64,000 nucleotides of DNA from Mobula birostris (GCF_030028105.1 NC_092382.1:100208699-100272698); one strand, 5' to 3'; positions 49,619 to 62,501 are shown, numbered from the stretch's first letter. Notes: a model not told the origin generated them from the letters alone. A program made the numbers and translations.

Positions 49619-49877
49619 CACAGTCGTGTGCGGCGGTTGGTTGACGTCAGCAGAAGCGGATGTGCGTCGTACGTCGGCACCTTACCACTGACGTCACCGA
49701 GCCCGGCGTAGTGAATACACTGAGATCATGGTATGAGTCTCAAGGCGCTATAAAGATACAGAGAGATAATGGTGCTGAGTTCGAACTCTCACCCTTGGGT
49801 TACACTTTCTGGTCCTTCACCTCCAAAGAAGACATGTTCGGAGTCAGACATGAAGAGATCAAGCAGCAGCGGAAGAG

Positions 49878-50126
49878 GGAGAGGGAGAGAGCGAGTGAGA
49901 GACAGAGAGGGGGGAGAGAGAAAGAGAGACAGAGAGAGAGAGAGAGAGTGAGAGAGACAGAGAGAGAGAAACAGACAGAGAGAGACAGATAGTGAGAGAC
50001 AGACAGTCAGACAGAGACAGACAGACAGAGGGAGAGAGACAAAGGGAGAGAGACAGAGAGACAGAGAGACAGAGAGAGAGAGACAGACAGACAGACAGAG
50101 AGAGAGAGACAGAGAGGGAGCCAGAG
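49878..50126. repeat. GAGA/GACA low-complexity tract (other simple repeats at ~48244, ~52399 (GT)n, ~55144, ~62070)
   Basis: Seen directly. Confidence 0.95.
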
Positions 50127-50631
50127 AGAGAGAGAACAGAACGTTGAATAACAATGGCAAGCAGTGTATCGGGGGAGAAGTGGCGGAGCGTCCATGGAGA
50201 GAGACTGGGGATTGGTAAAAAGACCCCGATTGACACTGGTGAATAGAATTGGAGGCGGGAGGAAGGTTGTTGGGAAATAAACATTGTGACGAATCGGCAT
50301 CTGGGAAGATGATGGAAAATCTGGAATAATGGTGTGAAGAAAACAATCTCTCAACCAACGTCAGCAAAGTCATTCAGCTGTTTATTGACGACGGCAGCGA
50401 GGAATGTATTCACGTCCAGCTGCCTCCGTATATCTGCAACATAGATGGCTATGGCCAATTGGCCACGCCCATCCTTCCATCGACCAATTATGTTCGATTA
50501 TTTCTCTGTCATTTCCGCTCTTTCGAATATTTCCTCTCCTGTGTCCTCTATGTCTGTCTCTGGCTCACGTTCTTGCTGTTTTTCTAACCACTCTCCTTTG
50601 CACTCTCCATTCTGCCCCTTGGCCCTCTTTC

Positions 50632-51120
50632 TACATAGAAACATAGAAACATAGAAAATAGGTGCAGGAGTAGGCCATTCGGCCCTTCGAGCCTGCACCG
50701 CTATTCAGTATGATCATGGCTGATCATCCAACTCAGAACCCTGCACCAGCCTTCCCTCTATACCCTCTGATCCCTTTAGCCACCAGGGCCATATCTAACT
50801 CCCTCTTAAATATAGACAATGAACTGGCCTCAACTGTTTCCTGTGGCAGAGAATTCCACAGATTCACCACTCTCTGTGTGAAGAGGTTTTTCCTAATCTC
50901 GGTCCTAAAAGGCTTCCCCTTTATCCTCAAACTATGACCCCTCGTTCTGGACTTCCCCAACATCGGGAACAATCTTCCTGCATCTTGCCTGTACAATCGC
51001 TTTACGATTTTATACGTTTCAATCAGATATAAGCCTAGTTCATCCAGTCTTTCATCATATGAAAGTCCTGCCATCCCGGGAATCAATCTGGTGAACCTTC
51101 TTTGTACTCCCTCTATGGCA
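50632..51120 (-). mobile_element. CR1 LINE 3' end
   Basis: MIPGMAGLSYDERL..RTRGHSLRIKGKPFRTEIRKN.FTQRVVNLWNSLP plus (ACATAGAA)n tail. Confidence 0.9.
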
Positions 51121-52193
51121 ATGAAATATCTCTATATAGTTGTTTGTCTGTATTTGTCAGTAACTCTGGCTTAGTAGCTGTGTCTAAATCTATCTATCTA
51201 TCAATTTATTTATCTATGTATGTATGTATGTATGAATGTATCTATCTGTCTATCTATATATCTACCTATCTGACGGTGGATGGATTAATTGAACCGTCTC
51301 TCTGTCTCTGTCAATCTTTGGCTCATTCCTGCTGATTCGCTAGCCGCTCTCCCCCGCGTTATCCCTCTCTCTCTCTCTCTCTTTCTCTTCCTTTCTCCCT
51401 GTCAGTCTCTCTCTTCCTCGCTCTCAGTTCCTCACTTACTGTCTCTCAACCTCAGAGCCCTGCACCCCGGTTCCTCTCGGGTACTGAGCCCTCATCGGTT
51501 ACTCACCGCAGGACTGGCTAACACTAGGCGTCAGGTAGTGATCCGCGGTGACCCGCCGCGCAGCATTAACTTTGCGAAAAGAGGGAAGTGATTTGCAGGA
51601 CAAGAGAGCGGCCTTTCAATTGTTGAGGAACCGCAGTGAATATCCTGATCGGTTTTCTGACGCTCGGGCCGGAGGACGAGAGGGAGCACGTGGTTTACGT
51701 TTCTCTTGTCAACATAACCTTCCACATGTGAAGAGAAGGAAAAAAGCCTTGGGAACCGAATGCAGGATGTGATCGGAATAAATACATCAGAGAAAAGACA
51801 CAGAAATGGAGAGATAACTAGGGCTGCAGATGGCGTAGCAGAACGATGAGAGAACAGTGAACAGGAATAGGACACGTGTAACTATAGGGGAAAGGCCGAT
51901 GTCGAGGTGCGGATGTACGTCAGTTTATAAGGGTAGGAGAAAACACATGAATGATGGGGAATATTACCGATCGGAGGGATGTCTATTTAAAAGACTAAGT
52001 GGCAGCCAGTACATTGGAATAGTGGAACAGTAGTTACCTCAGCCGCTACCATCTTCCATCACTCCACCTTCATTTCTGTCCTTGTTCCTCACGCCGTTCC
52101 ATTTCACCAGTAGATAAGCCGACCCCCCCCCAACACCAACAGAAAAATTATAACCGAGATGCCGTGAGTCGCCACTCGACACCTGGTGTCGCT

Positions 52194-52207
52194 GCGCCAT
52201 CTGCTGG
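52194..52207 (-). promoter_or_regulatory. Candidate CTCF site upstream of the 53 kb V
   Basis: Minus strand CCAGCAGATGGCGC within a diverged copy of the module. Confidence 0.62.
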
Positions 52208-52398
52208 CGAACTAATGAATGACGGATCTAGTGAGGATCTGCGGAGGTCAGGGCGCTGTGATCGGCCGCCGTGTGCAGACCTATCTCGTTTCTTCATGGG
52301 CACCGCTACTTGTCATTGTCAGTCAGTTACCGAGATGGGAGTCTGAGAAACAAACAGGTGGACGGATGCAGAGATAAAGAGGTGACCAGACAGTCGGG

Positions 52399-52431
<33 letters not shown>

Positions 52432-52998
52432 TTTGTGAGAGGGAAGCGGCGGGCATTAAGACAGCTTTACAGTAGCAAGACGAAGCTAGGAAGAAGGAGG
52501 TGGCCATTGAGCCTGATGCGAGACGGGTAATTACAGACATCTCACACGAAATGGGACAGTTAGATGAACAATCAAACAGACAATTATTCTGACAGACAGA
52601 TAGATAGATAAATAGAGAGACGGACAGGCAGACAGGTCGACAGAGAGAAACAGACAAAAAGTTACGACACATATATGGGGGGGGGGGGGTGGCGGTGAGG
52701 ATGCCTGGTAGGAAAAGAACTACGTTGATTTATCTCAAAGGGATTCAGACAGGAGTTGGGAAGATGTCAGGGGAGTTTGAGGGAACGGCCGCGAGATTGG
52801 GGGCGGGGCTTCGGCGGTGGAAGTGACACGGGCCACCATTCCGATTGGATCAGAGAGGAAGGGAGCGTGGCCAATCCTAATTGCGCGTTAAACGTGATTT
52901 CAGAGAGATGCGTAATTTCAGAGTGAAATCAAAGACAGCAGATTCATCGCTGCTGCACCCACCTCTGCCATCACAGAGAGAAGGAACGCCCAACAAGC

Positions 52999-53717
52999 AG
53001 GTTACTGTTGCTGCAACTGATCCTTGCCTTCCACTGTGAGTGAAAATTGCCTAATCTTTGTTTTTTTATTCTCGCTTTCGTTTCCCATTTCCCTCGCAAT
53101 CTCACCCATCGAAATGGACAGGTCTCCGTCACAATCCAATTTTCTCCGCAATCCTCTTAAACTCATTCAACGTCCCTCATTAATTTCCCTCCTTTCAATG
53201 TCCCCAGTCTCTTGAATCTACCTTATTGCTTCGCTCTCAATTGCCCCCGCAAGACATGTTTATTCATCCCGTTCCGCTCTTCTCCAGATGATATCTCGGT
53301 GACGACATTGAATTTATGTCTTCTTTTCCTTCCATGCACCTTCGTCCCCACCCCGTTGTCCCAATTGCTCTATGAACCGCGTTTATTCACACTCTTCCCC
53401 TTTCCGTCTCTTTTCCAGATGCCAGCATGGTTATAATACACCAGACTCCGGCATTTTCCGGCCGTCCCGGTGAGGGCGTGGTCCTGGAATGCACAGTAGA
53501 GGGTGGCAGCCGCGGCCGTGATTATCTCTTCTCGTACAGACAATACCGGGGAAACGGACCCCAGGCCCTTTTCACCTCGAGCGTAGCTAAATACGTGCAG
53601 CCGCCGGGCCCAGTGGACGGCTTCACGGCGGAGAGACCGAGCAGCAACAAGTTCTATCTGACGTCCTCCGGCCTCCAGCCGAAATCGTCGGCTGTGTATT
53701 TCTGCGCCTGGAGAGAT
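52999..53717 (+). pseudogene. Family A V pseudogene/ORF (leader 52999-53035 with ATG to AGG, V exon 53419-53717)
   Basis: Start codon mutated; V frame open but Trp to Ser (LFSYRQ); RSS CACGGCG-23-ACAAAAACC at 53718-53756. Confidence 0.82.
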
Positions 53718-55143
53718 CACGGCGACTCAGAGAGACGGAGGCAGCGAACAAAAACCTCACAGTGTGTGTGGGGTTGGCTGTCGTCAGCAGAGGAGGGTAT
53801 GTATCGCATGTCGGCATCTGACAACTGACGTCACCGCGGTTGGCGTCAAGCACCCAATAGGAAATTGGTATAGGGAACAAAGCGTCGAGGTAATGTCCTG
53901 AGTCGGAATGGGGCACCGAGTGCCACGAAATTGCAGCTGTTACTTCCATCGTCTCCCCGTAGATTTACATTTCCCTGTCACTTCAGAGTCACAGGCAGCC
54001 GAATAAACCACTATAACTAGAGATAAAGTATTCACACATTGCCCTCCGCGAATCCTTAACAGCGTCTCATTCAGTATCACACAGAGATGGAAAGAGAGAT
54101 GGAATTAGCAACAGAATCCCGTCGAACATGGGAACTTGCCCAGTCCCACTGGTGGACAGAGATGAGAATTTCTACCTGTGCCTTTTGACTGGAGGGTTCA
54201 CCGATATCTTTAAGCCCTGGCGTCGGCAGTCTGCAGAATCCATTTGCTCCCAGTAGGCTTTAATTACAAAAACGTGGTAACCTGCACTCGATAACGGTCG
54301 TCCAGCAACCCGCACGTCGATAACGATGAAGCGCTTTGAGAGGTTGGTGATAAAAGACATGAACGATTTGGCTCCACTACATCTTGTCTACCCTTGCACC
54401 AGTTCTACAGCTGACGTCATTTTATTCGCTCCTCCCTCAACTCTGGAACATCTGGACAGGGCAGATTCATACATCAGGGTGCGCTTCTCTCGCTACCGCT
54501 CTGCATTCAGTGTCAACATCCCCTCAAAAATAAGCAACAAGCCCCATGCCCGTGACCTCAAGAGCTGCTTCGGCAATTGAAAGATTGATTTACTCACTTG
54601 TAGGCCGCAGTCATTTACTCCAGAATCACCATCAGCAGAACCGCAGTAAAAGGTAGTGGGTCTGGAATCCTGCCTGCTCTATTTGTTTTTTACACTAATG
54701 ACAGTGAGACTCCACCGCAACTCCAACGCCGTATTTAGGTCGGCTGATGACGCCACTGACGTTGGCCGCATCGCAGGGTGGACCGAATCAGCGTATGGAC
54801 GGCGATTAGACATCCGTCTGAATGGTCCCACCACAACATCATCTCACTCAATGTAATCAATATCAAAAGAGGTGATCATTGACTACAGGGGTGCGGAAAC
54901 CGGAGTTCCATGAGCTAGAGATCATCAGGAGATCAGTGGTGGAGAGGGCTTGCAAACAGTAAATCCCTCATTTGAGCTGATCTGTCCTGCGTCCAGCGGG
55001 TACCTGCCATTAGGAAAAAAATGCCCCGTCTCGCCTTTTCAGTTGCTGATCACTTCCGACATGATTCCCTCCTCTTCCCCTTTCTCGATTGATTCGCTAT
55101 CCTCCCCTATCTTCCTTTCCAGCCCTTTATCGTCCCAGCTCAT

Positions 55144-55183
<40 letters not shown>

Positions 55184-55824
55184 GCACGCGTGCAGAGCCC
55201 TTCTTTCGAAAGCATCGCCCACAAAGACCCAGAGTTCGAGCTGTAGCTGTCGATATCAGGGATTCAGCCAGCTTGAAGAAAAAGAGACGCGAGATGAGAA
55301 TTAAACTGCTTCGTGGGGAAACTGGGGTATTCTCGAGATCCGCAAAATCTCTGGCGGCATCTTTCTCTCCTCCCACACTAATTGCATCATCTTTGCTGAA
55401 CTCATGACCTTCACAAATAAAGTTCTCGTGTCTTCCGCCTTCCTCAACACCGTATCGGTCACTTTCAGGAAGGTGCGGACCGAGACGCTGCCCTTCACTG
55501 CGTTCTGTCCCTTTACTTTTGATCTCCCAGTCTGCAACACGTCTCTCCTAACCCGGATGAACATCTTTCCCGCCTTCGCAAACAGATAAGCTCCTCTTTT
55601 TACCGGCCTTCCTCAGCAAGGAAACAAAAATGGGGGAAGCTGTATTAGGGAGGTGAGGATAGAGTAGAATTGGATGGGAGGGAGCGGAAAAGGCGAAATA
55701 GTAAATTAGCTCGCAGAGTAGACACTAACCAGGGGCTTGGGAGGGGGATAGGACCAGGGAACGTCCATAGAGGCAGAGAGGGAGGGTGGTAGTGAGGGAG
55801 AAAGTGTCACGATGTTTTAACCAT

Positions 55825-56500
55825 ATAAACATATAACAATAACAGCACAGAAACAGGCCATCTCGGCCCTTCTAGTCCATGCCGAACTCTTACTCTCACC
55901 TAGTCCCAGCGACCTGAACTCAGCCCATAACCCTCCATTCCTTTCCTGTCCATATAGCTGTCCAATTCAACTTTAAACGACAACATCGAACCTGCCTCAA
56001 CCACTTCTGCTGGAAGCTCGTTCCACACAGCTACCACTCTCTGAGTAAAGAAGTTCCCCCTCATGTTAGCCTATCCACGTCAACTCTATCTATCCCCCTC
56101 ATAATTTTAAATACCTCTATCAAGTCCCCCCTCAACCTTCTACACTCCAAAGAATAAAGACCCAATTTGTTCAACCTTTCTCTGTAACTTAGGTGATGAA
56201 ACCCAGGTAACATTCTAGTAAACCTTCCCTGTTCTCTCTCTATTTTGTTGTCATCTTTCGTATAATTCGGTGACCAAAACTATACACAATACTCCAAATT
56301 TGACCTCACCAATGCCTTGTACAATTTCAACATTACATCCCAACTGCTATACTCAATGCTCTGATTTATAAAGGCCAGCAAACCAAAAGCTTTCTTCACC
56401 ACCCTATCCACATGAGATTCCACCTTCAGGGAACTATGCACCATTATTCCTAGATCCCTCTGTTCTACTGCATTCTTCAATGCCCTACCATTTACCATGT
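55825..56500 (-). mobile_element. CR1 LINE 3' fragment
   Basis: RDLGIMVHSSLKVESHVDRVVKKAFG..LEYCV translation and 3' UTR. Confidence 0.88.
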
Positions 56501-56899
56501 AGTTCAGGGAACTACCGCGTCTCTGTTCTAAATCCTGAAGTCGTGCCCTCTTGTCCTTGACTGCAAGCTATCCTTCAGGGAATCCCGCACCAGGGCTCCC
56601 AAGCCCCTTTGCATCTCAGGGTTTTGGATTTTCCTTCCCGGTTGGAAAATAGCCTCCGCCTTTCTCCTTTCCATCCAGGTGGATAACCGTACACTTCCCG
56701 GCAAAGTGTTCCACCCGACACTCCTTCACCCGTTCTCTCAATCTGTCTGAAGTCCTGCGGAGTCCCCTGCTTCTTCAACACTGCCCGCCCCTCCACCTGC
56801 CTCCGCGTCGTCTAAATCAAACCAGGCGACGGCGTCGGCTGAGCGGAAACTGGCAGCTCTTGGACGGTATTCCCTGGAGCTCAGGAGAATGGGATCTCG

Positions 56900-57150
56900 T
56901 AGAAACACTCCGAATGCTAAGAGGCCTGAACAGATTAGATACGGCTGTGTGGAACGAGCTTCCAGCAGAAGTGGTCGAGGCAGGTTCGATGTTGTCGTTT
57001 AAAGTTAAATCGGATAGATATATGGACAGGAAAGGAATGGAGGGTTATGGGCTGAGTGCGGGTCGGTGGGACTAGGTGAGAGTTGGAGTTCGGCACGGAC
57101 TAGAAGGGCCGAGATGGCCTGTTTCCGTGCTGTAACTGTTTTATGGTTAA
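56900..57150 (+). mobile_element. CR1 LINE 3' end, inverted relative to the 55825 copy
   Basis: WNELPAEVVEAGSMLSFKVK.DRYMDRKGMEGYG plus UTR. Confidence 0.8.
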
Positions 57151-57545
57151 ATGAAACCCAAGCAACATTTTAGTAAATCTTCTCTGTACTCTCTCAATTT
57201 CATTAACATCTTTCCTATAATTCGGTGACCAGAACTGTACACAATACTCCACATTTGGCCTCACCGATGCCTTGTACAATTTCAACATTACATCCCAACT
57301 CCTATACTCAATGCTCTGATTTATAAAGGCCAGCAAACCAAAAGCTTTCTTCACCACCCTATCCACATGAGATTCCACCTTCAGGGAACTATGCACCATT
57401 ATTCCTAGATCCCTCTGTTCTACTGCATTCTTCAATTCCCCACCATTTACTATGTATATCCGTCTTTGATTGGTCCTACCAAAATGTACCACTTCACATT
57501 TATCAGCATTAAACTCCATCTGCCATCTTTCAGTCCACTCTTCTA
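57151..57545 (-). mobile_element. CR1 LINE RT fragment
   Basis: MEFNADKCEVVHFGRTN..EYCVQFWSPNYRKDV..ERVQRRFTKML. Confidence 0.9.
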
Positions 57546-58149
57546 ACTGGCCTACAAAGCCAGTATCCGTAACCCACTTTAATTTGGAATGTTGGAGGAA
57601 CCGGGGAAACCCCGAGGAAACTCACATGGTCACCGAGAGGACGTTCGCAAAACAAAAAACTTCACAGACAGCAGCCGGGAACGGAACCCCGATCGCGAAG
57701 GCTGCAGAGCGCTGCGCCGGCCGCTGCGCTCCCGGGAGCGGGGCAATTGTTTCCCTTCGGCCGCCATTTATCTTTTAGCAGCGGCCTCCGATGAAAGGAG
57801 AGCTGGGAAGGGAGGATCTCCGCGAATAGAGCAACTTCTTTCACGGTGAAAGTGACTGAACGACTCTTCCCTTAGATCGATCCCAGTCCCTGATGACAAA
57901 GGACGGTCCGGACCTGATATCCAGCACGCAATCAGAGGTCACTGTAGTGTCGGGAAACCCCCTCAACCCCTATAACCCCTTCCGTCCCTTTACGCCCCTC
58001 ATCCTGGTCAGTCTGTAGAGGGTTGGACTCTCGGATGCAAAGAGAACTGCCCTGGATTAGAAGGACGTCCCTTTAGCACCACAGATGAGGGAGAATTTCC
58101 ATCGATAGAAGATGTTGAATTTGCGTGTCCACGTTCACCCTCGCTAATT

Positions 58150-58310
58150 CTTACCAATGCACCTCAGACTGGGTCCTATCCGGACGCTTCACGGCCTGGT
58201 ACGGCAAACGCTCGGCCCCCGACCGCAGGAAACCCCGGGGACAAGTAGACACCCCTCAGCACATCACAAAGACCATCTTCCGCACAAACTCTACCTATAA
58301 GTCCTCTGCC
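58150..58310 (+). mobile_element. Rex1/Babar-type LINE C-terminal fragment (similar 3' remnants ~10950-11180, ~41370-41580, ~50330-50400)
   Basis: TLANSYQCT..LSGRFTAWYG..DRRK..V.T.QHIT. Confidence 0.65.
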
Positions 58311-58319
58311 TCCGTAAAT

Positions 58320-58620
58320 TTAAAATTAAGGCATCCAGACCATGGATCTGCTCCTGGAAAGTCTTCACTCTCCAGGGCGCAGGCCTGGGCAAGGTTGTAT
58401 GGAAGACCGGCAGCTGCCCATGCTACAAGTCTCCTCTCTCCACGCCACCGATGTTGTCCAAGGGAAGGTCACTAGGGCCGATCCAGCTTGGCACCAGTGC
58501 CGTCCAGAGCAATGTGTGTGGTTAAGTGCCTTGCTCAAGGACGCAACACGCTGCCTCGGCTGGGGCTCGAACTCACGACCTGCCGGTCGCTAATCCAATG
58601 CCTTAACCACTTGGCCATAT
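58320..58620 (-). mobile_element. tRNA-derived SINE, same family as 48960
   Basis: Reverse-complement homology to 48960-49262. Confidence 0.8.
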
Positions 58621-58727
58621 GTCCACATCCGGAAAGCAGTCGGCATGATCAGAAACCCCCACTGATACCGGATTCTTCTCTTTCCCCTTTTCCCTCTGGT
58701 CTCTCTCCCTCTTCAAGATGGCGCCGA

Positions 58728-58900
58728 GCACCATCCCAAACTCACTACACGGCAGCATTAAACAATTTGGGCTACGCAGTAAATCTCCAGAAAGCCACAA
58801 TACTAAATACAACCAAAATAGTCTAAAAACTCCTAGCAATTGATAAACGAGTGTGCTTGGCGATGTTCATACCACGGATATTGCCAGCCTGAGCCGTGAA
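58728..58900 (+). mobile_element. 3' fragment of an R4/Dong-like (RLE) non-LTR retrotransposon
   Basis: NLQKATILNTTKIV*KLLAIDK resembles the RLE C-terminal LQKA.IL.T.RIVRKFL motif. Confidence 0.5.
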
Positions 58901-60194
58901 AAACAGAAATAGTGCTCACGGTGAATCGGGAATAAATATCGAGAGCATGAGATGAATCCTTAAGTTCATTCTTCAGAAGGAAGCTGTCACATCGGACCCA
59001 GAAATCACAGCTCCACTGAGGCCTGCGGGAGCTCGTAAAGACCCTTCCATGTTTTGACTGTCAAAGCGAGCAGGGAAAGTGTCGCGGTCGACTGAGATCA
59101 AATCCTCTTTATAACTTACGTCTCTGGGTTTAAATTTCTGATGGCATTTAAGCCCTGCCGCGGTTTTCGGGTCTCCTTCGGTGATTCGTGCTTGGTCCAG
59201 AATTACCAATTCGCAGTTGATGTGGCTTTCCGGAACCCGGACCGGGAACCTCTTCCATCTGATTTGGTCGCCTGAATGTCACTGTGGTGACCCACAGCAG
59301 ATCTTATGGCTCATCTCGGGCTTCTGGTTGGGGTAGACTCGAAATAATTTTCTGTGGACACACCCGTACACGGTCATTATTTTTAAAAAAAATCCGTGAC
59401 AACTGATCCGTTTCACCATGACTTCGGTTCTTTGCGGGAATGTAACCCGCTCTAGGGATTTCACGACTGGCCGTTATCCTACATGCCAAAGGCGCGGCCT
59501 GGGATCTCGGGGCTCTGGGGACGAAGGGATCGAAGGTCGCAGTCCCGACAGACCGGTGTGACGTGGGAATCGGATGATATTTGGCTGCGTGCCCAGATAC
59601 CTGAGTTCTTTGGGCACAGAGCGCGGAAAAAGCGAGGCAACTGACTTTTAACCTCGTAACCCAGCGAGTTTTTGTTATGTCTCGCTGTGAAACGGAGACA
59701 TCTCTTTCTCCCTTATTAGGGAGAGAGCGCGCCTGTGGCTTGTCGAATACCGGGTGAAAAGCGAAGTCTTTGGAGTACTGCAGGTCTGTGTCTTTGCTGT
59801 TGCTTTTGCTGCAAGCTCGAGTTCTCAGTGGTGGGTGCCGATACTGTTTTTGCTGCTGGAAGGGGGGGTTGGGGATCGTTGCTTGCTGTCGCTTACGCGC
59901 GGGAGGGAGGGAGGCTGGGGGGATTTTGGCGTTCTATCATTTAACTGCCATTCATTCTTTGTGGCTCTCGGCCGTTTCGCTGCCCATGTAACAGTAAATG
60001 AGACGTTTAATATTCACTGGACAATGGGGTGACCCGTTGGGGCACCCTTTGAGTGAAGGGTAGTGACCAGAATGAACATTAAATTTTCCTGAATGCTATT
60101 GCTATCTCTTTGGTTTGGAAATTAAAGAAGAAAAATTCAGCTTATTGAAGAAGAAAGACGCATAGCAAGACAAATAGGTGAACAGCGTGAACAT

Positions 60195-60530
60195 TAAGTA
60201 TCCATGAAGTAAATTTGAAGGAATCGGGCTTGCTGGGTCGGGTCTGGAATTAAGTGTCCGATGTAATGATGGATTTGAATAATCACTGAAGGATTCCATT
60301 GATTCCTAGTTGGTATGACTTCTTTGGCACCAAAGTGAAGGATTCCATCGAATCTAGTTGGAATGACTTCTTTGGCAACACTTCTGATGTTCCTCCTGAG
60401 CTCGTTCATCATTGATTTCATCATTGCTGTACAAATTGCGGAGTTCATTCGGTGGAGGTTGCCAATTGCCTATCCTGACCTTTCCCTTCATACAGCAGAA
60501 ATGTGCGGTTTCTCCAGTGAACAGGGAGGC
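60195..60530 (-). mobile_element. Helitron Rep N-terminal fragment with ~49-bp internal duplication
   Basis: GETAHFCCMKGKVRIGNWQPPPNELRNL..RNIR..FGAKEV..IQIHHYIGHLIPDP.QQARFLQIYFMD resembles Helitron CC..GKV...PPP.L..FGA..QGQ.YH.IG.LLP....P.FLQIYF. Confidence 0.7.
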
Positions 60531-60559
60531 ACGACTGTGAGGGCATACTCTGGTCACCG

Positions 60560-60985
60560 AACCAACATCAGCAGAAATGTGCAGTTTAATGTGGACAAAT
60601 GTGAGGTTATCCACTTTGGTGGGAAGAACAGGAAGGCAGATTATTATTAAGTGGAGTGAAGTTGGGAAAAGGGGAAGTACAACGAGAAGTTGGTGTTCTT
60701 GTACATCATTCACTGAAAGCAAGCATGCAAGTACAGCAGGCAGTGAAGAAAGCTAATGGCATGCTGGCCTTCATAACAATTGCTCTTCATAATAAGAGCA
60801 AAAAGGTCCTTCTGCAGCTGTACAGGGCCCTGGTGAGACCACACCTGTGTACTGTGTGCAGTTTTGGTCTCCAAATTTGAGGAAGGACATTCTTGCTAAT
60901 GAGGGAGTGCAGCGGAGGTTCACAAGGTTAATTCCCGGGTTGGCGGGACTGTCATATGTCGAAAGATTGGAGCGACTGGGCTTGT
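60560..60985 (+). mobile_element. CR1 LINE RT fragment
   Basis: QFNVDKCEVIHFGGKNRKADY..QVQQAVKKANGMLAFI..CVQFWSPNLRKDI. Confidence 0.88.
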
Positions 60986-61314
60986 GTCTGACCCTGGGAA
61001 TGTGTGATGGGACGGAAACAGCGAGAATGTGCTACAGAGGCTGAAGGAGAGAGGGCTGGACAATTTGCGAAAGCACTTCAATTTCAGAGAAAGATAGATT
61101 GATAGAGTGACTGTGTGTATGAGTACACGTGAGAGAAAGAGAGAGAGAGAGAGAGAGACAGCGAGAGAGAGAAAGAGAGAGTGTGCGTGGGGCAGAAAGC
61201 GGAAGAGGGGACGGAGCGAGGAAAAAAATGAAAAACTACAGCCAGCATTTGAGAGAGTGATACGGCGAGTGGGAGATAGAGATATAGCGATAGAGGCCGA
61301 ATATAATATTAATC

Positions 61315-62052
61315 TTAAGACTCTTGGCAGTGCGGAGGATCAGAGGGATTTTGGGGTCCGCGTCCATAGGACACTCAAAGCAGGTGCGCAGGTTGGCTCT
61401 GTGGTTAAGAAGGCAGACGGTGTATTGGCCTTCATTAATCGTGGGATTGAATTTAGGAGCCGAGAGGTAATGTTGCAGATGCATAGGACCCTGGTCAGAC
61501 CCCACTTGGAGTACTGTGCTCAATTCTGGTCGCCTCACGACAGGAAGGATGTAGAAACCATAGAAAGGGTGCAGAGGAGATTTACAAGGAAGTTGCCTGG
61601 ATTGGGGAGCGTAGTTTATGACAATAGGTTGAGTGAACTCGGCCTTTTCTCCATGAAGGGACGGAGGACGAGAGGTGACCTGATAGAGATGTACAAGATG
61701 ATGAGAGGCATTGATCGTGTGGATAGTCAGAGGCTTTCTCCCCAGGGCTAAAATGTTTGCCACAAGAGGACACAGGTCTAAGGTGCTGGGGAGCAGGTAC
61801 AGAGGAAATGTAAGAGGCATTTTTTTTTTGCTCAGAGAGTGGTGAGTGCGTGGAGTGGGCTGCCGGCAACGGCGGTGGAGGCGGATACGATATGATCTTT
61901 TAAAGAGAATTTAATATAGGTGCATGGAGCTTAGTAAAATAGAGGGCTATAGGTAAGCCTAGTGACGTCTAAGGTAGGGAGATGTTCGGCAAAGCTCCGT
62001 GGGCCGAAGGGCCTGTATTGTGCTGTAGGTTTTCTATGTTTCTATGTTTCTA
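61315..62052 (+). mobile_element. CR1 LINE 3' part with (TTTCTATG)n tail
   Basis: DQRDFGVRVHRTLK..LVRPHLEYCAQFWSPH..RGDLIEMYKMMRGIDRVDSQRL. Confidence 0.9.
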
Positions 62053-62065
62053 TAAAGAGAGAGAA

Positions 62066-62103
<38 letters not shown>

Positions 62104-62501
62104 ACAATAATTGGGACGCTCAAAGATTAGTGGGTGCGCAGGACACTCTGGCAGGGATGGTGTTCTGGAGGCGGAAACATTAGAAATAATTCGAAGACTC
62201 TTATATACGAACATGAATGAGAGACAATTGAAGGGATATGTCGGAAGGAAGACTAAGTTAACGGTTCGGCCCAATAACAAGGGCCATCACTGTGTTGTGA
62301 GAAAGAGGAAGGCACAGAGTAATGATGCCCTCCACAGGAAATGGTACAGACCGGAACTTGCAACAGCATCTTCATTCTGATTGCTTAACCTACAAGAAAG
62401 GGCCGGTTTAACGCCCATCGTTTTGCCCCCAGATTCCCCACGCTAGGAGAAGAACGCCTGTGTCTCCTTGCGGACAGCCCAACGGTAAACGTGGAGAAAA
62501 G

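Noticed and set aside
58714-58723. YY1-like CAAGATGGCG suggesting a housekeeping gene start
   Set aside because: It is followed by a short ORF and a retrotransposon remnant, with no exon structure.
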